Below are positions 1 to 7,531 of a DNA stretch of 64,000 nt, piece after piece. The translations under genes were made by a program, and so were the position numbers. Each line of letters begins with the position of its first letter. The first letter of the stretch is position 1. Source of the DNA: Candidatus Giovannonibacteria bacterium (lineage in GTDB: Bacteria > Patescibacteriota > Minisyncoccia > UBA11713 > 2-01-FULL-45-33); assembly GCA_016432405.1 (NCBI GenBank), contig CP066687.1:42456-106455 (forward strand), given 5' to 3'. Under the pieces are notes generated by a model. The model worked only from the letters and a program-made list of their open reading frames with translations, had not been told where the DNA came from and ran no database searches.

Positions 1-68
1 GCATCAAAATCTGCACAAGATGTATGAAAGCCGGGAGGCATTTGAAGCTTAAACGGAGCGGGCCATAG
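1..68 (+). CDS. rpmB: 3' end of probable 50S ribosomal protein L28 (partial)
   Basis: Frame from nt 3 reads IKICTRCMKAGRHLKLKRSGP*, resembling the CxxC C-terminus of L28. Truncated by the window edge. Confidence 0.55.
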   Translation, partial: IKICTRCMKAGRHLKLKRSGP

Positions 69-129
69 TATAACGGCAGTACGCACCCTTGGGGTGGGTG
101 TGGCGGCGGTTCAATTCCGCCTGGCCCGA
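59..129 (+). tRNA. tRNA-Pro(GGG)
   Basis: Acceptor stem CGGGCCA/TGGCCCG, anticodon arm CACCC-TTGGGGT-GGGTG, T arm GGCGG-TTCAATT-CCGCC. No encoded CCA. Confidence 0.92.
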
Positions 130-137
130 AAGATTGT

Positions 138-959
138 TTATATTTTTTGGCACCGCGGGCAGAAATAGCCGGAGCGGCCGGAAATTTTTTTGCGGATAAT
201 TCCGGCGCGGCATCTTCGGCAGGGCTCGCCTTCTCTATCGTAAATAAATCTTTTTTCAAAATAAGCCCCTCGGGTTCCCTCGGGGTGCAACCAATCGCGC
301 ATCGTAGTGCCGCCGGACTTTATGCTGCGGTTTAAAATAAATTTGATTGATTTCCACAAATTTCTAACTTCTAATCCGCTCAAACTTCTAACTTCTCTTT
401 CTGGATGGATTTTCGCGCGCCACAAAACCTCGTCTGCGACAATATTTCCGACTCCGGCAAGATTTTTCTGGTTGAGCAGAAATGATTTGATCTTTGTCCC
501 CCTTAAGGTAAGGGGGATTAAGGGGGTTATGTATTTTGTTTTAAATAATTTCCTAAAATCCCGCAGAGATATTTCTAACGCGTCCTTTCCCAATGTCTTA
601 AAATACGGGTCGCCCAAAACTTTTTTGGAATCTCCATACCAAACAACGCCGAATTTGCGGACGTCGTGAAAAACCAAATCCCCGCCCCCACACCTATCGG
701 ATAGGTGTGGGGGTAAACCGGAAAGACAAAAGGTGCGGCGAATATGCTTATCGCGCGTTCCGTGAGGCACAATCAAAAGCTTCCCGCTCATTCGCTGGTG
801 AAACCCCAAAATCTTTCCGCCCGAAAGACAAATTAAAATCGCCTTGCCTTTGCGCTCTATATTTAAAATCTTTTTTCCGCTTAAGTTTAAAATCCGCTTG
901 CCCACAATAAGCGGCTTTAGTTTTCTTACCGTTGTTTCCACCTCCGGCAATTCTGGCAT
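138..959 (-). CDS. mutM: Formamidopyrimidine-DNA glycosylase
   Basis: N-terminal MPELPEVET, H2TH motif LLNQKNLAGVGN, C-terminal CxxC...CPRCQ zinc finger. Confidence 0.93.
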   Translation of the reverse strand: MPELPEVETTVRKLKPLIVGKRILNLSGKKILNIERKGKAILICLSGGKILGFHQRMSGKLLIVPHGTRDKHIRRTFCLSGLPPHLSDRCGGGDLVFHDVRKFGVVWYGDSKKVLGDPYFKTLGKDALEISLRDFRKLFKTKYITPLIPLTLRGTKIKSFLLNQKNLAGVGNIVADEVLWRAKIHPEREVRSLSGLEVRNLWKSIKFILNRSIKSGGTTMRDWLHPEGTRGAYFEKRFIYDREGEPCRRCRAGIIRKKISGRSGYFCPRCQKI

Positions 960-966
960 AATTTTG

Positions 967-1038
967 CGTCCTCGCCGAGATTCGAACTCGGATTTCAAGC
1001 TTCGGAGGCCTGCGTCCTATCCATTGGACGACGAGGAC
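967..1038 (-). tRNA. tRNA-Arg(CCG)
   Basis: Reverse strand GTCCTCG...CAGGC-CTCCGAA-GCTTG...CCGAG-TTCGAAT-CTCGG-CGAGGAC-G. Confidence 0.92.
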
Positions 1039-1068
1039 AATCTCAATCTCAACTTAGACGTCGGATGT

Positions 1069-1551
1069 CTACGTGTGCCGGTCGGCGACGATTGACGCTC
1101 CGAAAGAATTGGGCTTGATTATAGCGTCAAAGCCGTAGCCCCTTACCATGCCGACGACGCCGTCTATGAATTCGCGCGTGGGGCCGTTTTCGCCCACATC
1201 AATGTGAATCTGGTCGTTCCAGAAAAATTCATCCCCCAATTTTTCTTTTAAGCGCCCGCGGAGCTCCTGCGCCAAAGTTATGGAGCAGATGGTTTCTCTG
1301 TAAATCCGTTCGCGGAGAGTATTGCAACGCGTTTTTTCGGAGCGCGTCCAAAAATGAATCCCGCCGTTCCCCACCCGCCAGATGGTCACCGCAGTCACAA
1401 AATTTACTTCGCTTCTCGCGGCAGAATCCGTCCCCACGATGATTTTGTACCGCCGGGACGGCTTTGATTTAACGAAATCGTAAATCGCCTGAACGACTTC
1501 TTCCAAGCCAAGCTCCGCTCCCAATATGTTAAAAAATTTTGAGTTGGACAT
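1069..1551 (-). CDS. RNase H-like YkuK/DUF458 family protein
   Basis: IIVGTDS, IHIDVGENG and IKPNSFGASIVADRHT motifs; start set at MSNSKFF. Confidence 0.75.
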   Translation of the reverse strand: MSNSKFFNILGAELGLEEVVQAIYDFVKSKPSRRYKIIVGTDSAARSEVNFVTAVTIWRVGNGGIHFWTRSEKTRCNTLRERIYRETICSITLAQELRGRLKEKLGDEFFWNDQIHIDVGENGPTREFIDGVVGMVRGYGFDAIIKPNSFGASIVADRHT

Positions 1552-2131
1552 TTTTTTCTGTACCTGACTTCTCCGGCTTATTCCAGGCCACCGGTATCGC
1601 CACCCTGCCGCCGGCGCTTCTTGAATAAAAAAGCACGTGGCCGTTCTGCCTCCCGAAGTCGTAAAGGTTTTTTGTAATCTCCACATCCTTCAGGCAGTAT
1701 TTTTTAATTTCGCCCATTTTCCCTTCTTTATACCATTTCAGCGCCTGAAGTCCATCCCCCGATTTCCTGACGCCCAGAGTCGCCTCCGCCAAGCTGTCCA
1801 GATAAAGCCGGTGGCCGAGCGATTTTTTTACGTCGTCCATCAAGTCCAGCGCGGGCAAATTTTTTAAATTCCAGGAAATGTAGGGCTGTAAAACCGCCAA
1901 ATCAAAATGGCGGATATTAAAGCCGACCACGCGGCCGGCTCTTTGCAGCAATTTCTCAAACTCCGGAATTTCATGTTCCTCAAAAGTCAAGTATTGGCCC
2001 AGTCCGTAAACATAAGCTCCTACCACCGAAACTCCGAGTTTTTCGAAACTTCCTCCGTCTCTTGCGGAAATCCCGGCCTCATTGAAAGAACGCTTGGTTT
2101 CAATGTCAAAAACAACGTCGTCCGAGTCCAT
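1529..2131 (-). CDS. RNase H-like DEDD exonuclease domain protein (YprB/RNase_H_2-like)
   Basis: FDIET, GFNIRHFD and YCLKDV acidic motifs. Confidence 0.78.
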   Translation of the reverse strand: MDSDDVVFDIETKRSFNEAGISARDGGSFEKLGVSVVGAYVYGLGQYLTFEEHEIPEFEKLLQRAGRVVGFNIRHFDLAVLQPYISWNLKNLPALDLMDDVKKSLGHRLYLDSLAEATLGVRKSGDGLQALKWYKEGKMGEIKKYCLKDVEITKNLYDFGRQNGHVLFYSRSAGGRVAIPVAWNKPEKSGTEKNVQLKIF

Positions 2132-2132
2132 A

Positions 2133-2555
2133 TTATAAAGGCAGGTCAAATGACCATGCCCCGGGACCAAGGACGAGCAAAGCCAAAAGAGCCAGTAAAA
2201 TCAAAAAATCAAATTCTCGCCCGCCTGCCGGCGAGGCAGGCCCGCCGACAAACGGCTTCCCGCGCTGAACCCAAAAAATAATAACCAGAAATTCTATCGC
2301 CAAAACCAGCGCCGCGAGTTGCGTCAAAAGCCCTAAAATCAAGCCAATTCCGCCCAAAAATTCAACCAATGTCACCAGCCACGCCCAAAATTTCCCCGGG
2401 CGGAATTTCATTGACTCAAGCCATCCGGCAAATTGGACTTTGTCTGAAACCAATTTCTGCCAGCCGTGCGCCAAAAAAATTGCCCCCAAGGCAAGTCTCA
2501 AAATTGTTGGGGCATAGAAACTATAGTCCAAAAATTGCGGGAGGATGCTAAGCAT
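2133..2555 (-). CDS. DoxX family membrane protein
   Basis: ILRLALGAIFLAHGWQKL, EFLGG, GPGAWSFD. Confidence 0.88.
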   Translation of the reverse strand: MLSILPQFLDYSFYAPTILRLALGAIFLAHGWQKLVSDKVQFAGWLESMKFRPGKFWAWLVTLVEFLGGIGLILGLLTQLAALVLAIEFLVIIFWVQRGKPFVGGPASPAGGREFDFLILLALLALLVLGPGAWSFDLPL

Positions 2556-2724
2556 TTTTTTTGTTTCTTCCTAAAATCTCATCTATTCTTTCCTGGCGCT
2601 CTTTTCTTTTTTTGATCTCGCTCTTGGTTTCCAGTTCCGCGCGCAAGTTCCTAAGCTCCCGCAAGCCGCGCGGATTTTTTTCCAAGGCAGGAAAAAGCTC
2701 GCCCTCTTTTGGTTTTTCACCCAT
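2548..2724 (-). CDS. Small charged hypothetical protein
   Basis: 58-aa ORF MGEKPKEG... whose stop overlaps the DoxX start, an operon-like arrangement. Confidence 0.45.
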   Translation of the reverse strand: MGEKPKEGELFPALEKNPRGLRELRNLRAELETKSEIKKRKERQERIDEILGRNKKNA

Positions 2725-2742
2725 AAGTGTAATATAGCAAAT

Positions 2743-3666
2743 ATGAACAAGGATGTCATGTGGCTGATATTCGTGCTTATAATAGTAGGCATTGTCTTCG
2801 GCTTCCAAAGAAAAAATATAAATCTGTTCTCGCTCAAAACCGGCACCGAATCAAAACCTTCCGGTTTGTTTCCGGAATCTCCAGAAGCCCCAAGTGTCTC
2901 ATCGGTAGGAACATCCGCGCCCGGCGCGATAACACCATCGGCTCCGGCGCCGCAAACCCCATCCGGGAGCGCAAACCAGACAACGCCAGCGAAAACCCCG
3001 CCCGCGCCGGCTCCTGCGCCAACTCCCGGCGCGCCGCCCGCTCCGGCAAAGCCGCCCGCACTGCGATTGGGCCTCGGGCAGGCCTATTCCACCCAGCCAG
3101 AGCAGGAATACGTCGTCCTGGAGCATTTTGATTTTGACAATAAGCAGGCGGCGAATATTTCCGGAATGAAACTCCAAAATAGAGACAGGGTGTCCGGAAC
3201 CATCGGCAAAGACGAATACGGCGGAAACATTGCCCTCAACTACGGAGAGCGCGCGGCAATAGTGACGGGCATAAGCCCGCTCGGAAAAAATTTCAAACTG
3301 AATAAATGCTCCGGATACTTCAACCAGAACAACTCCCTGCCGGTTTACGCGTCCTGCCCGTCGCTTTCCGACTTGCCGCAGCCAAGGAATCTGAATAATA
3401 AATGCATACAATACACAGAAAGTTTGGGAAGCTGCGTTGTACCCAATATCAACGCCGACACCGGCATTGATAATACCTGCGCAGAGTTCGTAAGCCAGCA
3501 CGCAAGCTATGTGGGGTGCGTCGCCGACCACAAAAACGATTCCGATTTTGATCAGCGCCAGTGGCTCATTTACCTCGGCAAAAATGCCGAGATGTGGGGC
3601 AACCGCCGCGACCTCGTCCAGCTCTTTGACCAGCTGGGGAAGTTAATTACGGAAATTAGTTACTAA
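2743..3666 (+). CDS. Membrane-anchored surface protein with Pro-rich linker and Cys-rich (lamin-tail-like) domain
   Basis: N-terminal TM helix, PAPAP linker, EQEYVVL motif, six Cys. Confidence 0.65.
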   Translation: MNKDVMWLIFVLIIVGIVFGFQRKNINLFSLKTGTESKPSGLFPESPEAPSVSSVGTSAPGAITPSAPAPQTPSGSANQTTPAKTPPAPAPAPTPGAPPAPAKPPALRLGLGQAYSTQPEQEYVVLEHFDFDNKQAANISGMKLQNRDRVSGTIGKDEYGGNIALNYGERAAIVTGISPLGKNFKLNKCSGYFNQNNSLPVYASCPSLSDLPQPRNLNNKCIQYTESLGSCVVPNINADTGIDNTCAEFVSQHASYVGCVADHKNDSDFDQRQWLIYLGKNAEMWGNRRDLVQLFDQLGKLITEISY

Positions 3667-4171
3667 GCGCGTAAAGCGCGATGCCGGCCGCAACTGAAAC
3701 ATTCAGCGATTCTTTTTTGCCGCGCATGGGGATTTCTATAATTTTGTCGCATTTTTCAAGAACCGATTTCGGAATGCCGCTGACCTCGTTGCCCAAAATC
3801 AGCGCGATGCCCGACTTGGAAGTCCGGCTTCCAAGTGAAAACTTTTTAAGATTCAGCGACTTTTTTGACTGCTCCAAGGCGATAATCTGAATTTTTTCTT
3901 TTTTTAAGCGTTTTATTAAAACTGCGATATATCGCAGTTTTTCCCATTTCATGTATTTCTCCGCGCCCAGCGCGGTTTTTTGAAAATCTTTCCGAAGTTT
4001 TCCGAAAATATCGTGCGGCCCCGGCGTGTAGCCAGTTAAATAAATTTTTGAAACCCCCATGGCATCCGCCGTCCGAAAAATAGAGCCGACATTATGCAAA
4101 CTTCGGATATTATGCAAAACCAAATAAATTTCCCGCTCTAATCTTTTTTTGGATTTTATACGTATTTCCAT
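3656..4171 (-). CDS. TrmH/SpoU family RNA methyltransferase
   Basis: LHNIRSLHNVGSIFRTADA, LGNEVSG, IPMRGKKESLNVSVA. Start uncertain; overlaps the RT 3' end. Confidence 0.88.
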   Translation of the reverse strand: MEIRIKSKKRLEREIYLVLHNIRSLHNVGSIFRTADAMGVSKIYLTGYTPGPHDIFGKLRKDFQKTALGAEKYMKWEKLRYIAVLIKRLKKEKIQIIALEQSKKSLNLKKFSLGSRTSKSGIALILGNEVSGIPKSVLEKCDKIIEIPMRGKKESLNVSVAAGIALYALSN

Positions 4172-5111
4172 GTTTCAACAAGCCGAAATAAGAATTAAGT
4201 GTTTCGGAAACTAGATTCTCACTTAATCTTTTTATCATCCTTCTTTTTGTGCTTGTCCGCAATACGCGATGGTCGGAAAAATTTACCCATCCCAAAAAAT
4301 CAACGCCGGAAGCCAAAGTTTTAATGAATAATTTGTCCGGATGTAAATCAAGTTTCAGCTTTTCGCATAAAAAGTTTTTAATCTGCAGAATAAGGCCTTC
4401 CAACCAATTCTTATTTTCAGAAAAAATCACAAAGTCATCCGCGTAGCGAAGATAATATCTGGCTTTAAGTTTGTGCTTCACAAACTGGTCAAACTCATTC
4501 ATATAAATATTCACAAACAACTGCGAGGTTAGATTGCCCAACGGCAAGCCGACATTCTGCCTAGTTGAAGAAAAACTCTTTATAACCTGTTCGAGAAGCC
4601 ATAAAATATCCGAGTCCGGAATATAAGATTTTAAAGTTTTCATTAAAACCTCGTGGTCAATGCTGGCAAAAAATTTTCTGATGTCGCACTTCAAAACCCA
4701 ACAGGTTTTGGTGTTGTTCCGGCTGACTTTCCAAGCAAACGCGCGAAAACGGTTGAGGGCTTTGTGAGTTCCTTTTTCAAGGCGACAGGAAAAAGAATCA
4801 GCAATAAAAACCCTGTCAAAAAACGGATAGAGCTTGCGGTAAATCGCGTGGTGCAAAAGCCGGTCGCGAACGCTGGCCTTATGGATATGCCTCGGCTTAG
4901 GGTCAAAAATATGAAAAGATTTATAGCCGCCGTGCTCGTAAGTATGCTGGGCAAGGTCGTTATGAAGAGATAAAATATTATCCATTAGCCGCAAAGAAAA
5001 TTCTTGAACATCGCGCTTGTTTCTCTTGCCGCGCACAAATTCCCGCCAGGCCTCTAGTAAGTTTTCTATACCAATGATATCCTCAAAATTATGAGTCAAT
5101 TGAGTTTTCAT
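4110..5111 (-). CDS. DGR reverse transcriptase
   Basis: KGTHKA, LKCDIRKFFASIDH, GLPLGNLTSQ (DGR-type), YLRYADD, GVDFLGW; 333 aa with no maturase or HNH extension. Confidence 0.95.
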   Translation of the reverse strand: MKTQLTHNFEDIIGIENLLEAWREFVRGKRNKRDVQEFSLRLMDNILSLHNDLAQHTYEHGGYKSFHIFDPKPRHIHKASVRDRLLHHAIYRKLYPFFDRVFIADSFSCRLEKGTHKALNRFRAFAWKVSRNNTKTCWVLKCDIRKFFASIDHEVLMKTLKSYIPDSDILWLLEQVIKSFSSTRQNVGLPLGNLTSQLFVNIYMNEFDQFVKHKLKARYYLRYADDFVIFSENKNWLEGLILQIKNFLCEKLKLDLHPDKLFIKTLASGVDFLGWVNFSDHRVLRTSTKRRMIKRLSENLVSETLNSYFGLLKHGNTYKIQKKIRAGNLFGFA

Positions 5112-5507
5112 AAAAATTTTTCCACTACGCCCCCCCCCCGCAGGGTTTTACCGCTTCTTGAAAAAATAAAAAGCGCATATTTATTATGGTACAGTTATTA
5201 TCAAATTTTGCCCAAACCACACAGGCATTCTCTTGGTCAGCGAATTGATACGCTTTTTATAGAAACAATCGAGGCAATATCAATTGCCGCTTTTTTGGCT
5301 CGCCAGGAAAAACAGCCATATATCCGTCTTGCGATACGAAAAGTTGATACGTTAAATATACTTTTAATGATTCTTTGGGAAACCAAATCGCTGGAAAATA
5401 AAAAATATGCCGCATTGTCGATAAAAATAATCGAAATTGGTAAAATGCTTGGGGGATGGAGCGGGCAAATTTTAAAACAAAACTCTCCCAAAACGGGAGA
5501 GAAATGA
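5091..5507 (+). CDS. avd: DGR accessory variability determinant (Avd-like four-helix bundle)
   Basis: Basic 138-aa helical protein with LPKPHRHSLGQRI and EIGKMLGGW motifs, lying between RT and TR. Confidence 0.85.
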   Translation: MSQLSFHKNFSTTPPPRRVLPLLEKIKSAYLLWYSYYQILPKPHRHSLGQRIDTLFIETIEAISIAAFLARQEKQPYIRLAIRKVDTLNILLMILWETKSLENKKYAALSIKIIEIGKMLGGWSGQILKQNSPKTGEK

Positions 5508-5513
5508 AGAGAT

Positions 5514-5639
5514 TTGCGAAACGGCAAACGCGAACCCATTGTCACGATTCCACCTATTGTCAGGCCTGTCGTTGTACGCGTTCAACCAGCGACCATCATC
5601 ATTGCGGTTCGCGTTCAGCAAGTTCGGATTGCCATCGGA
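5514..5639 (-). repeat. DGR template repeat (TR)
   Basis: 126 bp with 31 adenines on the minus strand, 10 AAY codons; aligns without gaps to 5980-6105. Confidence 0.95.
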
Positions 5640-5961
5640 ATCGCACGAAATATCGTCCATGTCACCACCCCTCGAATACTCTCGGGGTTGAATCGAATCC
5701 GGCATAGCAATGCCTTAATATCTCGCGCCAAGTATCTTCTTTTTTTGAAGTTTCTGCATGCACCACTCTATCTGCAACCGTGATCGCAGATACTCTCGAT
5801 GCATGGATACTGGGTTCGGTAGCGGGAAATATAAAATTTATCTCCCGCATATTCACCTACTACCACTCTGGATTTTAACATAAGAAAAACCCCCGCATCC
5901 ACTATTTCTAGTAGACACAGGGGCAGGACTAAGACCAAAGGACCTAAAAGATCACAGTGTC

Positions 5962-6597
5962 TTAGTTTTGAGGGCTAACTTGCGAAACGGCAAACGCGAA
6001 CCCACTGTCACGAGGCCACCTAACGCCAGGCCTGTCGTAGTACGCGAGCAACCAGCGACCATCAGCATCGCGGTCCGCGTACAGCAAGTCCGGAAGGCCA
6101 TCGGAGTCATTGATGGGTTCGTGCATTGCGACGATCCACCAAAGGCCCATGGCTTTGATCTCCTCGTCCGTGAACTTCTCACGGATGAGGCAAGCCACTT
6201 CGGCGTTCGGCTTTTCAAGCTTGCGCTTGTCGGCCTCGGCGCGGATCTTCTTCGTGATCCGGTCGTTGTCCTCGAAGAGCATGCCATTGAGAACGGCGAC
6301 TTCAGTCGTTACGCCTTTGGTCGGCACGAAGCTCGGCGAACGGAGCACCTGCTTGGCGTAGTCACCCACGCGGAAGCCTTTGCTCTCAAGCCTGGTGACC
6401 CAATCCTCGCCAGTCGTGCCATCGCTGATGACCGAGAAGTAGATGACGCCGTCTTCCTTGCGCCACGAACGGGTCGGTTCGGAAACCGAGAGTTCGTCGC
6501 GGAGAAAACGGAGCGCCATGTCGTGGCCACCGAGTTTCTTGACGATGGCGTTGAGTTGGCCGGCGGTGAGGTCGGCGGATGCAAATTCTGTACTCAT
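5962..6597 (-). CDS. DGR target protein (211 aa, C-terminal VR, probable CLec-like fold)
   Basis: AAGGAGG SD before the ATG at 6597; C-terminus ...WPRDSGFAFAVSQ encoded by the VR. Confidence 0.9.
   Translation of the reverse strand: MSTEFASADLTAGQLNAIVKKLGGHDMALRFLRDELSVSEPTRSWRKEDGVIYFSVISDGTTGEDWVTRLESKGFRVGDYAKQVLRSPSFVPTKGVTTEVAVLNGMLFEDNDRITKKIRAEADKRKLEKPNAEVACLIREKFTDEEIKAMGLWWIVAMHEPINDSDGLPDLLYADRDADGRWLLAYYDRPGVRWPRDSGFAFAVSQVSPQN
5980..6105 (-). repeat. DGR variable repeat (VR)
   Basis: 110/126 identical to TR; all 16 mismatches are at TR adenines. Confidence 0.95.
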
Positions 6598-6713
6598 ATA
6601 TGCCTCCTTGCGCTTATTTGCGCGTTTTCGTTTCCCTCTAACCCGAGGTGGGTGGCATTCACCAAAAGTCACCATGAATCTTGGCAAATTAGCCTATTTC
6701 AATGTCTTGCTCC

Positions 6714-6742
6714 ATTATACACCCATGAAGTGGGTTTGTCAA
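6714..6742 (-). promoter_or_regulatory. Consensus sigma70 promoter of the DGR target
   Basis: TTGACA-17 nt-TATAAT on the minus strand; spacer contains the inverted repeat ACCCA-N5-TGGGT. Confidence 0.8.
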
Positions 6743-6755
6743 GCCCACGTTGCGC

Positions 6756-7523
6756 TTAGCGAATTTCGTAAGTCAGAGTAACAAAAATATTGATTTCATT
6801 CTCGCCGGAAGGCAGAGCGGGGAAATCTCCGCCAAGGCCAAATTCAACCGCCTTTCCGTAAATCGGCACAGGAGGCGGAAAACCACCGCCGGATTCGGAA
6901 TACGAAACTAATTTTTTAAGATTGATATTTAAACTTTTAGCGAGCTTCGCGGCTTTTTCTCTTGCATCTTTAATGGCCGCGGCTCTCGCTTCTTCTTTTG
7001 CCGCCTTCGGGTCGTCCACCGTAAATTGAATGGAGCCAACCTGATTCGCGCCGAATTCAGCGGAGCGCGAAAGTGTGCTGCCCACCTTGCCAAGGTCTCT
7101 TATTTTAACTTCAAGATTTTGATGAATTTCATATCCTCTGAATATTTGCGTCCCGTCTTTATAATCATACCTCGGGCTTATGCTGTAAGAAGTTGTTTTG
7201 ACGTCTTTGTCTTCCACCCCTTCGCGCTTTAGCATCTCCAAAACTTTGTTTATGACGTCTGTCGCGGAACGCTGCGTTGAAACCAAGTCGGCGCCCTGTT
7301 TTACAACTCCGATATTTACAACTGCCACGTCCGGCTTAACAAAGACCTTTCCTTCGCCGGAAACGCTGATTGTGGAGGACGGAAACGGCCGGTTGGTCCC
7401 GTTAACTTCATTCCACGTGCGCGCGCCGAAAAACACAATGAGCACGGCCAAAAATATCACCAGCGCCCAAAGCGCCTCCTTCGGCGGCCTGATATGCAAA
7501 TATTTTGATTCGTTTATTTCCAT
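6756..7523 (-). CDS. SIMPL domain (DUF541) protein
   Basis: TM helix then TISVSGEGKVFVKPDVA, AREKAAKLA, GENEI...VTLTYEI. Confidence 0.88.
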   Translation of the reverse strand: MEINESKYLHIRPPKEALWALVIFLAVLIVFFGARTWNEVNGTNRPFPSSTISVSGEGKVFVKPDVAVVNIGVVKQGADLVSTQRSATDVINKVLEMLKREGVEDKDVKTTSYSISPRYDYKDGTQIFRGYEIHQNLEVKIRDLGKVGSTLSRSAEFGANQVGSIQFTVDDPKAAKEEARAAAIKDAREKAAKLAKSLNINLKKLVSYSESGGGFPPPVPIYGKAVEFGLGGDFPALPSGENEINIFVTLTYEIR

Positions 7524-7531
7524 AGCCATTA

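Larger units (their letters stand above)
4110..6742 (-). mobile_element. Diversity-generating retroelement (target-VR, TR, avd, RT)
   Basis: RT, Avd-like protein and a TR/VR pair with adenine-only mismatches. Confidence 0.95.

Noticed and set aside
4110-5111. RT as a group II intron maturase or retron
   Set aside because: It is short, has the LGNLTSQ motif and sits beside Avd and an A-specific TR/VR pair, so it is a DGR RT
5472-5705. 77-aa Asn-rich ORF over the TR
   Set aside because: Expected open frame of a TR mirroring the VR; no SD, and it overlaps avd antisense
5968-6759. 263-aa plus-strand ORF
   Set aside because: Antisense shadow of the GC-rich target gene; promoter and SD support the minus strand
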